A stretch of 64,000 nt of DNA, taken from NCBI RefSeq assembly GCF_963921235.1, contig NW_026948141.1, positions 124,001 through 188,000 on the forward strand. Reading direction: 5' to 3'. This document shows positions 38,197 through 49,940 of this stretch, piece by piece. The position numbers and the translations under genes were made by a program. This stretch comes from Mobula hypostoma (lineage: Eukaryota). The first letter of the stretch is position 1. Every line of letters starts with the position of its first letter. The notes beneath the pieces are model-generated. The model was not told the DNA's origin, did no database searches, and worked only from the letters and a program-made list of their open reading frames with translations.

Positions 38197-38586
38197 GTAA
38201 GGGTGGCTCTGTATATTATTTCTGTTTTTGCACAATATTTAGTCTATTCAATATATACATGTATACTGTAATTGATTTACTTATTTATTTATTTATACCT
38301 TTTTTTTCCTTCTGTATTATGTATATTGAACTGCTGCTGCTAAGTTAACAAAATTCATGACACATGTCGGTGATAATAAACCTGATTCTGATTCTAATTC
38401 TGAAAGGTGCTGTTGGCATCATTGTTTGCAATGAGCTGCAGGCATCCCACAAGCATCACCATGCTTCTGGTGCCAATGCAGCATGCCCACAACGTCTTTG
38501 GAATGTAGACGAAGCTGGAGCACCAGGAGGAAACCCACGTGGTCATGGGAGAACGTACATACCCCTTACAGACAGCACTGCCAATT

Positions 38587-39369
38587 CAATAGGTACATTT
38601 AATGTCAGAGAAATGTATACAATATACGTCCTGAAATTCTTTTTCTGTGCAAACATCCACAAAAACAGAGGACTGCCCCAAAGAATGAGTGACAGTTAAA
38701 TGTTAGAACCCCAAAGCTCCTCCCAACGCCCCCCTCCCACGCACAAGCAGCAGCAGCTAAGCAATCACCCCTCCTCCCCCACCAGCAAAAAAGTATCAGC
38801 ACACTCCACCGAGCACTCAAGTGTGCAGCAAAGCATCAATAAAGACACAGACTTGCAGTACCCTAGAGACTACTCGTTCACCCGGTATATGACATACCAC
38901 AGGCTCTCTCTCCCTCATAAGGGGAAAAGAGGTGTCACCATTTCACAGTGAGAGGGGAGACATAACAAAACAACTCGCTGATTTATGGTGTTAAGAGTCT
39001 GTTGTGTCGCTTTTTCTGAGCTCTGTGCCCAAGGAGCTCGAGTCCCTGATCTTCTGTGTACTTCCACAACACATCAGGCGACAGCACTGGCCTTGAATCA
39101 GCCCATTTCGAGAGCTATGAAAATCTGGCACCCTGAAGGCGTGCTAGTCTTCCAAGCCACGTCCTTGGCATTTTGAAAAGTGGCCGCTCCTGAGGCCCTG
39201 AGAGCGGGTCCCATTTCCACAAAGAACTGAAGTCAGCGTGTAACTCCAGGTCAGGTCTTCAAAAGAACCTTGGAAGGGGAAAAAAGAGATATCAAAGATA
39301 GAAGTAGAGCTGTTTCCAAAGATGCAAGCGAAGGAGTCGCCATTAGGCGCCATCGTCCTCCTCGGCTCT
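38587..39369 (-). mobile_element. Apparently complete ~780-bp non-autonomous retroposon inserted in a V-SINE
   Basis: Minus-strand 5' end gaggaggacGATGGCGcc; 3' end ctctgacattaaatgtacctattg shared with 22605-23166; the V-SINE host rejoins across an aatt duplication. Confidence 0.65.
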
Positions 39370-39461
39370 AATTGAACCCCGATCAGTGATTACTGGTGCT
39401 GTAAAGCGATTGCACTGACCACTATGCTAATGTGACACCCCAAAATTCAAGACTGACAGCA

Positions 39462-39537
39462 CAGAGATGCCAGGGATTGAACCCAGGTCTTGTACAAGCA
39501 AAGCATGCACTCTCCCACTGAGCTACAGTACATCCCT
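39462..39537 (-). pseudogene. tRNA-Ala(TGC)-derived pseudogene
   Basis: Reverse complement AGGGATG TA CTGTA GCTCAGTGGGAGAGT G CATGC TTTGCTT GTACA AGAC CTGGG TTCAATC CCTGG CATCTCT G aligns to vertebrate tRNA-Ala; it has a 5-nt insertion before the D arm and two mismatches in the anticodon stem. Confidence 0.75.
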
Positions 39538-39689
39538 AATGCTCTATAACTATAAAACAATAGCTGGTTGTGCATCATATCCAACAATAACAGGAGAGCA
39601 GTGTGGGAGAGTTTTTAAAGTGGAGAAGCTGTATTACTTAAGCATTTCCACATTCTTGACCTCAGAAATCCGGTTCCAGTGGTACAAGT

Positions 39690-40045
39690 AATCGTCACAT
39701 ACTGGAGTCTTTCTTAGTTGTAGTGGATGACTATGATTTCTTCTGTGCTTTGACATGCCCTTCGCTCTTCACTAAATGCTTCAGAACTGCCTTCCTGGCC
39801 ATTGGTTGTCACTGTTGACCTCATCCACCCAATCCACCAGAGCTGACATTACATGCCAGGACAGGCATGTCCCTGTCTCACCAAGGTAAGAGGCTACCAG
39901 GTTTAGCCTGCCTCTCTGTGGCTGGTTTTGCATGCAAACAATGATTTGGAACCACAGGTGAGAGCTGAGTGTCCAGTGGGGACCAAAGGTGAGCGAGCTG
40001 ACCCAGAATGGACACAACAAGCCCCTTCACCAGAGGTGCTACCAC
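39690..40045 (-). mobile_element. Probable RTE-type non-autonomous element
   Basis: GC-balanced block with ggacaggcatgtccct and gtccagtggggacc motifs resembling RTE-type UTRs; recalled similarity only. Confidence 0.35.
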
Positions 40046-41084
40046 GCTCTGGAAACTCCGTACACTCCTAGTAATCAGTAACAAAGAGAATATCCAATAT
40101 CCCAGCTGTGAAACGGGACCTTCAGATCATTGAACTTCTGAAACGAGGCCATGTGATAGTGAGCCTGTTACACAGACTGATCCCATTAGTTCCCACAAAC
40201 CTGTTACCCAGGGACCAGAAGAGACCACACCAGAGGTGCTACCCTTCTCTCAACACTCTATACTCCCACTATTAAACAATATAGGAATGATTTTCTAATT
40301 GTCTTCTCCACTGAATCCAAATGATTTTCCCCAGGTAACAGAGGGCAACATAACCTGCGGATGTTTGCTTGACTGGTATGTTTGTTCAGCCATTCCACAA
40401 GACAATAACCTTGTCAATCCTGGTCTCCTTACTCACTGGAGTGTATTAAATTGATGCAGTTAACTCTCTGAAAACCCAAGTAGCTATGTTAATTGAGTTG
40501 GAAATTTGAGCTGTGGTGTCTCGCAGACAGATGTGGCTTTGTAAATTGCAGTTTGGCACAGTGTTTTCATTACTCCAGTGTCAGAGATCACCAAGGTAAG
40601 TACAGATTAAGTAAGCTGTTCCACTTACGCACTCAGTTTCCCATCACATCTTTCAAATGCCTCTTGAGTAACTGCAAAAACTCCTTGGAGAGCAGGCTGG
40701 GAATCAATCACTCGCTCTGCGCCAGTCAGTTTTTAATCTGAACTCTTCACACTTCATTCTACCACCTCTACAGGAAGATTACTTTAATTTCCAGAGTAAC
40801 CTCTCCCACTTCTGCATACTCCACAATGTTGTACCTTTCCAAATCACAGGTGACAGAATGATTAGCTCACTAATAATCCAGGATAATAATCTAATAATCC
40901 CTCAGCACCCAGGACATGCCCTCTTCTCATTGCTATCATCAGGAAGGAGGTACAGGAGCCTGAAGACGCACACTTAACGATTCAGGAAGAGCTTCTTCCC
41001 CTGTACCATCTGAATGGACAATGAACCCGTGTACACTGCCTCTCTCTTGATGCACTACTTACTTAATTTATTATATATATATAT

Positions 41085-41775
41085 ATTATGTTATGTCTCC
41101 CTTCAAATGTGCAATGTGCAATTGTAGTAATTTATAATAAATATGTACAACAGGATAGTCAATATAACATAGAAATACAGTTGTGTCAGTGTGAATTAAT
41201 CAGTCTGATGGCCTGGTGGAAGAAGCTGTCCCGGAGCCTGTTGGTCCTGGCTTTTATGCTGCGGTACTGATTCCCGGATGGTAGCAGCTGGAACAGTTTG
41301 TGGTTGGGGTGACTTGGGTCTCCAATGATCCTTTGGGCCCTTTTTACACACCTGTCTTTGTAAATGTCCTGAATAGTGGGAAGTTCACATCTACAGATGC
41401 GCTAGGCTGTCCACACCACTCTCTGCAGAGTCCTGCGATTGAGGGAAGTACAGTTTCCATACCAGGCAGTGATGCAGCCAGTCAGGATGCTCTCAATTGT
41501 GCCCCTGTAGAAAGTTCTTAGAATCTGGGGGCCTCATACCAAACTTCTTCAACCGTCTGAGGTGAAAGAGGTGTTGTTGTGCCTTTTTCACCACACAGCC
41601 GGTATGTACAGACCGCGCGAGATCCTCGGTGATGTTTATGCCGAGGAACTTAAAGCTGTTCACCCTCTCAACCCCAGATCCATTCATGTCTATAGGGGTT
41701 AGCCTGTCTCCATTCCTCCTGTAGTCCACAACAAGCTCCTTTGTTTTTGCGACACTGAGGAAGAGGTGGTTTTCA
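41085..41775 (-). mobile_element. Low-divergence Rex1/Babar 3' fragment inserted in a (TA)n tract
   Basis: ORF 41493-41729 (VERVNSFKFLGINITEDL..KKAQQHLFHLRRLKKFG); (TA)n on both sides. Confidence 0.8.
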
Positions 41776-42814
41776 TTTTATATATATATGTAATCTCCAA
41801 TTAAGGCTAAAATTTTACAGTTTTCATCTGGTCATTCTATTTTAATCCGGGTAAAGGGTCTGATCCAAAACATTGACTGTTTATCCCCCTTCATAGATAT
41901 TGTCTGACCTGCTGAGTTCCTCCATCAGCTTGTGTATGTTGCTCTGGATTTCCAGCATTTGCAGATCTCGTGTGTTTGTTAGAAGTACTTTCCTCTGACA
42001 GTACATTATTATAGGAAGGACATGGAAGCTTTAGAGAGGACGCAGAGGAAATTTATCAGGATGCTGTCTGGATTAGAGAGCATTTTTTATGAGGAAAGGT
42101 TGAATAAACTGGGTTTTTTTCTTTTGGAGTTAAAGAAATGAGAGGTGACTTGTTAGAGGTGTACAAGATTATGGGGGCATAGATAGAGCAGAAAGCCGGA
42201 AACTTCTTCCCAGGGTGGCAAAGGCCAATGCCAGAGGACATTTCCCCAAGCAGTAAACTGATTAACACCTTCACCCCGTAACCTATTGCTTCACACCCCC
42301 CACCACCACGATTTTATCGTTCCCTGTCAGAGTCACCTTATGTACAGATGCTCCTGTGCCTAGCGGCACTTTATGGACATACAGTCAATCTGTCTATATA
42401 AGCTATCTTATGTATTTGTATTTATTGTGTTTTTTACCTTATTGTGCTTCTTTTGTGCTGCATTGGATCTGGAGTAACAATTATTTTGTTCTCCTTTACA
42501 CTTGTGCACAGTAAATTACTTTAAGCTATCTTGAATCCTGTATCTGTTTAAGGTGATTGGAGAAAAGTTCAGGGGAGATGTCAGAGGTAGTTGTTTTTTT
42601 TACATAGAGAGTGGTGGGTGTGTGAAACTCACTGCAAGGAGTGTTGGCAGAGTCTGATGTACTGGGCACATTTAAGACACTCATAGATAGGCAATTGGAT
42701 GCAGGCTAAATGGACGGTTATGGTTGTGTAGGAGGGAAGGGTTAGATGATTGTGGAGTGGGTTTATTATTATATACAATAGGTCTATGTAAACCTACTCC
42801 GCAATTAATTCACT

Positions 42815-44250
42815 TCCAGTTCAAGTTTATTGTCATCTAACTATACATGTATATAATCAAACAAAACAATGTTCCTCTGATCCATGGTGCACCCACAAAA
42901 CACATAACACACACAGCATATAAATCAATCTGTTACCGTCAATAAGTTAATAAAATATAATTCAACATGCATGTCAAGTGCACAGCACAGGTAAACAGTA
43001 GACAGCTCGGTGTCCTAGTGACAAGACCTCAAGAGTGACATTAGTCTTACAACCTGAGGGAAGAAGCTGTTACCCAGTCTGGTAGTCCTAGTCCTGATGT
43101 TCCTGTACCCCTTTCCTGATGGTAATGGGTGAAAAACGCTGTGGGATTGGTGGTGGGGATCCTCAACAATGCTTCAGGCCTTTCGTGTATAACACCCCCC
43201 CTAGTAAATGTCACAAATAGGGGGGGAGGGAGGGAGACCCCAGTGATCCTCTTAGCGAAAATCTAACCCTTACCTCTTACACAATCCATAACCCGCAAAA
43301 TTCCGGAGGAACTCAGCAGGCGCCAAACGTCGACTGTACACTTTTCCATAGATGCTGCCTGGCCTGCTGAGTCCCTCCAGCATTTTGTGTGTGTTGGTTG
43401 CATAAATTAAATTAGTGAAAAACTGAGCAAAAAATAGTGAGATCATGTTCACAGGTTCATTGTCTATTCAGAAATCTGCTGGCAGAGGGAAAGAAGCTGT
43501 CCTGAAATGTTGCGTGTGTGTGTCTTCAGGCTCCTGTACCACATTCTTGATGGTAGGAAAGAGAAGAGGGCATGTCCTGGGTGACAGAGGTCCTTAATGA
43601 TGGATGCCGCCTTTTCAAGCCATTTGAACCTGTCCTGGATGCTGGGGAGGCTAGTGCCAATGATAGAGCTAGGTGCGTGAGCCAATTCTGTGCAGTGGCC
43701 CCTCCATACCTGATGGTGATGCAACCAATTAGAATTGCTTTCCACAGTACATCTGTAGAAATTTGCGAGAGTGTTGGTGTCAAACCAAGTTTCCTCAAAC
43801 TCCTGATGTAATTTAGTCACTGTTGTGTCTAATTTTTAATTGCATCAGTATGTTGGGCCCAGGATAGATCTTCAGGGATGTTGACACCTAGGAACTTGAA
43901 ACTGCTCACCCTTTCCACTTCTGATCCCTCAAGGAGGACCGGTATGTGTTCCCTCAACTTCCCCTTCCTGAAGTTCAAAATCAATTCCTTGGTCTTACTG
44001 ATGTTGAGTGCGAGGTTATTGTTACGACACCACTCCACCAGCTGATCTATCTTGCTCCTGTACACCTCCTCGTCACCATCTGAAATTCTGCCAATAGTTG
44101 TGTTGATGGCAAATCAATGGTTGATGTTTGAGCTGTGCCTCGCCGCACAGTCATGGATGATGAGAAAGTAGAGCAGTTGTATGCATCCTTGAGGTGCGCT
44201 AGTGATGATTGTCAGTGAGGAGGAAACGTTATTTCCAATCCACACTGCTA
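42815..44250 (-). mobile_element. Rex1/Babar fragments with a mini fold-back Penelope-like remnant at ~43290-43400
   Basis: ORFs 43829-44065 (WCRNNNLALNISKTKELI) and 43464-43820. Confidence 0.75.
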
Positions 44251-44794
44251 GATCAACCCTCCCCTCCCACATAACCCTCCATTTTGCAATCATTGTTGTG
44301 CCTATCTAAGAGTTTCTTAAATGTCCCTAATGTATTTGCCTCTACCACCACCCCCGCAGACTGTTCCACAGACCCACCACTCTGTGTGAAAAACTTACTT
44401 ATAACATTCCCCATATACTTTCCTTCAATCACCTTAAGATTATTATTATTTATTTATAGATACAGAGCAAAACAGGCTCTTCCAGCTGTGCTGCCCACCA
44501 ACCCAACAATTTAACTCTGACCTAATCACAGGACAATTTAAAATAACCAATTAACCTAATAACTGGTCTACCTTTGGCCTGTGGGAGGAAACTGGAGCAC
44601 CCAATAGCAACCCAGACGCACACAGGAAGGAACGTACAAGCTTGCTAACAGAGCATGCCAGAACTGAACTCTGAACTCTGATGCCCCTATCTGTAACAGC
44701 ATGGTCTACTGTGGTACTCCCTTATATTAGCAATTTCTGTCCTGGTAAAAACTTACCTCTGACATCCTCTTAGACTTCCCTCTAATCACCTTAA

Positions 44795-46765
44795 AGACCA
44801 TAAGACATAGGAGCAGAATTAGGCCATTCAGTCCATTCAGTCTACTTTGCTTTTCCATCATGGCTGATCCCAGATTCATTCAACCCCATACACCTGCCCT
44901 CTCGCCATATCCTTTTATGCCCTGACCGATCAGGAAACGATCAACTTCCACCTTAAATATACCCACAGCCTTGGCCTCCACCACAGTCTGTGGCAAAGCA
45001 TTCCACAGATTTACTACTCTGGCTAAAAAAAATCCTACTTACGTCTGTTTTAAAGGGTCGCCTCTCAGTTTTGAGGCTGTGCCCTCTAGTTCTGGATACC
45101 CCCGCCACAAGAAACATGCTCTACAGATCCACCCTATCTACTCCTTTCAACATTTGGCAGGTTTCAAAGATATCCCCCGCCCTAAATTCCAGTGAGTACA
45201 GGCCCAAAGTTGCCAAATGCTCCTCGTATTTTAACCCCTTCATTCCCAGAATCATCCTTGTGAATCTCCTCTGGACTCTCCAATGACAACACATCCTTTC
45301 TGAGATATGGGGACCAAAACTGTTGACAATACTCCGAGTGCGGCCTGACCAGTGTCTTATAAAGCCTCAGCATTACCTCCTTGTTTTTATATTCTATTCC
45401 CCTTAAAATAAATGCCAACATTGCATTTGCCTTCTTTACCACAGCCTCAACTTGCATATTAACCTTCTGGGAGTCACCCAGATGTTTGAACCTCTCCCTA
45501 TTTTGATAGTAGTCCACAGTATTGTTCCTTTTACAAAAAATGCATCATCATACATTTCCCAACGCTGTATTCCAATTGCCTTTTTTTGCCCATTCTTCCA
45601 ATCTGTCTAAGTCCTGCTGCATTGACATTGCTTCCTCAGCACTACCTACCCCTCCACCTACCTTCGTATCATCTGCAAACTTTGCCACAAAGTCATCAAT
45701 TCCATTATCTAAATCACTGACAATGTGAAAAGCAGCAGTCCCAATACTGACCCTTGAGGAAAAGACCATGACTATCAGACAATAAGATATAGGACCAGAA
45801 GAAGGCCATTCAGCGCCTGTCAAATCTGCTCTGCCATTCAATCATGAGCTGATCCAATTATTCCAGTTATCCGCACTCCCCTGCCTTCACCCCATACCCA
45901 AGAACCTATCTATCTCTGCCTTAAATGCACCCAATGACTTGGCCTCACAGCCGCTCGTGGCAACAAAGTCTGCAGATTTACCACCCTCTGACTAAAGTAA
46001 TTTCTCCGCATCTCAGTTCTAAATGGACTTCCTTCAATCCTGAAGTCGTGTCCTCTTGTCCTAGGCTCCCCTACCACAGGAAATAAATTTGCCATATCTG
46101 ATCTGTTCAGGCCTTTTAACATTCGGAATGTTTCTATGAGATCCCCTCTCATTCTCCTGAATTCCAGGGAATACAGCCCAAGAGCTGCCAGACATTCCTC
46201 ATACAGTAACTCTTTCATTCCTGGTATCATCCTCGTGAATCTTCTCTGAACCGTCACCAATGTCAGTATATCCTTTCTAAAATAAGGAGCCCAATATTGC
46301 ACACAATACTCCAAGTATAGTCTCACGAGTGCCTTATAGAGCCTCAATATCACATCCCTGCTCTTATATTCTATACCTCTAGAAATGAATGCCAATATTA
46401 CATTTGCCTTCTTCACCACCGACTCAACCTGGAGATTAACCTTTTGGGTGTCTTGCACGAGGACTTGCAAGACCCTTTGCATCTCTGCATTTTGAATTCT
46501 CTCCCCATCTAAATAATAGTCTGCCTGTTTATTTCTTCCACCAAAGTGCATGACCTTACACTTTCCAACATTGTATTTCATTTGCCACTTCTTTGCCCAT
46601 TCCACTAAACTATCTAAGTCTCTCTGCGGGCTGTCTGTTTCCTCAACACTACCCACTCCTCCACCACAAATCCATTAATACTGAAGTCCAAATCATTAAC
46701 ATACATCGTAAAAAGCAGCAGTCCCAACACCGACCCCTATGGAACTCCACTGGTAACCAGCTGTT
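44795..46765 (-). mobile_element. Two tandem 5'-truncated CR1 copies (~44795-45765; ~45765-46765)
   Basis: ORFs 45182-45517, 45548-45841 (KFADDTKVGG) and 45910-46656 (248-aa CR1 C-terminus). Confidence 0.88.
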
Positions 46766-47277
46766 TGATCAGATGATGTCTCAGTCTCTGTGTAATTCCT
46801 TGGCTATGCACTGCCTGCTGTTTATTCCCCTCAGGATGCAGTCAATTTGCATTGTGATCCTGTAGAATGGAACCAGTTTAGATTTGAGACAATCTGCAGG
46901 CGATTCATTTCTGTGAGTCCCCAGGATGATTTCATTCCCTTCATCAGGACCTGCATCCATAATCTTCTCTCCTGCTGCATCAGGATGGCCACTGCCTTGG
47001 GCAAAGAGCAGTCATGTCATACAACAGTCACTGAGGCTTCTGAGGAAGCAGTCCCCTCTTCCACAATCCTGTTGTTCAATGCCACCCACTAGTATAGACA
47101 CAGGAGAGCAGCAGCCATCATCAAAGGAGCCCCACCATGCAAGCTGTGCTCTCTTCTTGCTGCTGCCATCAGGAAGGAGGTACAGGAGCCTCAGGACTCA
47201 CACCAGAAGGTTTAGAAACAGATAGTACCCGTCAACCATCAAGCTCCTGAACCAGAGGAGATAACTTCACTCATCTG

Positions 47278-49671
47278 CGAGATGGGTTTTTAGAACAGCT
47301 TGTTGTTGAGCCCACTAGGGGATCGGATGTACTGGATTGGGTATTGTGTAATGAACCGGAGGTGATTAGAGAGACTGAGGTGAAGGAACCCTTAGGAGAC
47401 AGTGATCGTAACATGATGGAGTTCACTGTGAAATTTGAAAAAGAGAAGCCGAAATCTGATGTGTCGGTATTTCAGTGGAGTAAAGAAAATTACAGTGGCA
47501 TGAGAGAGGAACTGGCCAAAGTTGACTGGAAAGAGACACTGGCAGGAAGGACGGCAGAGCAACAGTGGCTGGAGTTTATGCGAGAAGTGAGGAAGGTGCA
47601 AGACAGGTATATTCCAAAGAAGAAGAAATTTTCGAATGAAAAAAAGGATGCAACCGTGGCTGACAAGAGAAGTCAAAGCCAAAGTTAAAACAAAGGAGAG
47701 GGCATACAAGGAAGCAAAATTTAGCGGGAAGACAGAGGATTGGGAAGTTTTTAAAGCTTACAAAAGGAAACTAAGAAGGTCCTTAAGAGGGAAAAGATGA
47801 ACTATGAAAGGAAGCTAGCAAATAATATCAAAGAGGATACTAAAAGCTTTTTTAAGTATATAAAGAGTAAAAGACAAGTGAGAGTAGATATAGGACTGAT
47901 AGAAAATGATGCTGGAGAAATTGTAATGGGAGATAAGGAGATGGCGGAGGAACTGAACGAGTATTTTGCATCAGTCTTCACTGAGGAAGACATCAGCAGT
48001 ATACCGGACACTCAAGGGTGTCAGGGAAGAGAAGTGTGCACAGTCACAACTACGACAGAGAAAGCACTCAGGAAGCTGAATAGTCTAAAGGTAGATAAAT
48101 CTCCCGGACCAGATGGAATGCACCCTTGTGTTCTGAAGGAAGTAGCTGTGGAGATTGCGGAGGCATTAGCAATGATCTTTCAAAAGTCGATAGATTCTGG
48201 CATGGTTCCGGAAGACTGGAAGATTGCCAATGTCACTCCGCTATTTAAGAAGGGGGCAGGGAAGCAAAAAGGAAATTATAGACCTGTTAGCTTGACATTG
48301 GTAGTTGGGAAGTTGTTGGAGTCGATTGTCAAGGATGAGGTTACAGAGTAGCTGGAGGCATATGACAAGATAGGCAGAACTCAGCATGGATTCCTTAAAG
48401 GAAAATCCTGCCTGACAAACCTATTACAATTTTTTGAGGAAATTACAAGTAGGCTAGACAAGGGAGATGCAGTGGATGTTGTATATTTGGATTTTCAGAA
48501 GGCCTTTGACAAGGTGCCACACATGAGGCTATTTAACAAGATAAGAGCCCATGGAATTACGGGAAAGTTACATACGTGGATAGAGCGTTGGCTGATTGGC
48601 AGGAAACAGAGAGTGGAAATAAAGGGATCCTATTCTGGTTGGCTGCCAGTTACCAGTTGTGTTCCACAGGGATCCGTGTTGGGGCCGCTTCTTTTTACAT
48701 TGTACATCAACAATTTGGATTATGGAATAGATGGCTTTGTGGCTAAGTTTGCTGATGATACAAAGATAGGTGGAGGGGCCGGTAGTGCTGAGGAAACAGA
48801 GAGCCTGCAGAGAGACTTGGATAGATTGGAAGAATGGGCAAAGAAGTGGCAAATGAATTACAATGTTGGAAAGTGTATGGTTATGCACTTTGGCAGAAGA
48901 AATAAATGGGCAGACTATTATTTAAGTGGGGAGAGAATTCAAAGTTCTGAGATGCAACGGGACTTGGGAGTCCTTGTACAGGATACCCTTAAGGTTAACC
49001 TCCACGTTGAGTCAGTGGTGAAGAAGGCGAATGCAATGTTGGCATTCATTTCTAGAGGAATAGAGTATAGGAGCAGGGATGTGATGTTGAGGCTCTATAA
49101 GGCGCTGGTGAGACCTCACTTGGAGTACTGTGTGCAGTTTTGGTCTCCCTATTTAAGAAAGGATGTGCTGACGTTGGAGAGGGTACAGAGAAGATTCACT
49201 ACAATGATTCCGGGAACAAGAGGGTTAACATATGAGGAACGTTGTCTGCTTTTGGACTGTATTCCTTGGAGATTGGAAGAATGAGGGGAGACCTCATAGA
49301 TACATTTCGAATGTTGAAAGGCATGGACAGAGTGGATGTGGCAAAGTTGTTTCCCATGATGGGGGAGTCTAGTATGAGAGGGCATGACTTAAGGATTGAA
49401 GGGCACCCATTCAGAACAGAAATGCGAAGAAATTTTTTTAGCCAGAGGGTGGTGAATCTATGGATTTTGTTACCACGGGCGGCAGTGGAGGCCAAGTCAT
49501 TGGGTGTCTTTAAGGCAGAGATTGATAGGTATCTGAGTAGCCAGGGCATCAAAGGTTATGGTGAGAAGGCGGGGGGAGTGGGACTAAATGGGAGAATGGA
49601 TCAGCTCATGATAAAATGGCGGAGCAGACTCGATGGGCCGAATGGCCGACTTCTGCTCCTTTGTCTTATGG
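47278..49671 (+). mobile_element. 5'-truncated CR1 LINE; best-preserved ORF2 in the window
   Basis: tcatctg TSD (47271-47277 and 49672-49678) inside a Rex1 3' UTR. ORFs 47344-47688, 47797-48351, 48472-49284 (LDFQKAFDKVPH, PQGSVLGP, FADD) and 49242-49679. Confidence 0.92.
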
Positions 49672-49709
49672 TCATCTGAACAGTGAACTGATTCTGCAAC
49701 CTACAGAGG

Positions 49710-49940
49710 TGTATTTAAAGTTTCAATAATGTTTGAGTGATGTTGTAGATGTACTGTTTGATTGGGCATTCTTTGTTTGCATAGTTCATTATGGGTTGTA
49801 CGTGGGAGGTACGCAAACCATATACAGTACGCCACTGCATCATATGTGCATGCCTCACTAAGAAGAAGAAACTAAGTATTCGCACATCTGGGGCTCCTGT
49901 GTTTTCTTTCAATTATTTTCTGGAATTACAAAACTTAACA
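49710..49940. mobile_element. Probable short solo LTR (~230 bp)
   Basis: TG...AACA-bounded block interrupting a Rex1 3' UTR that resumes afterwards; no clear TSD. Confidence 0.4.
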
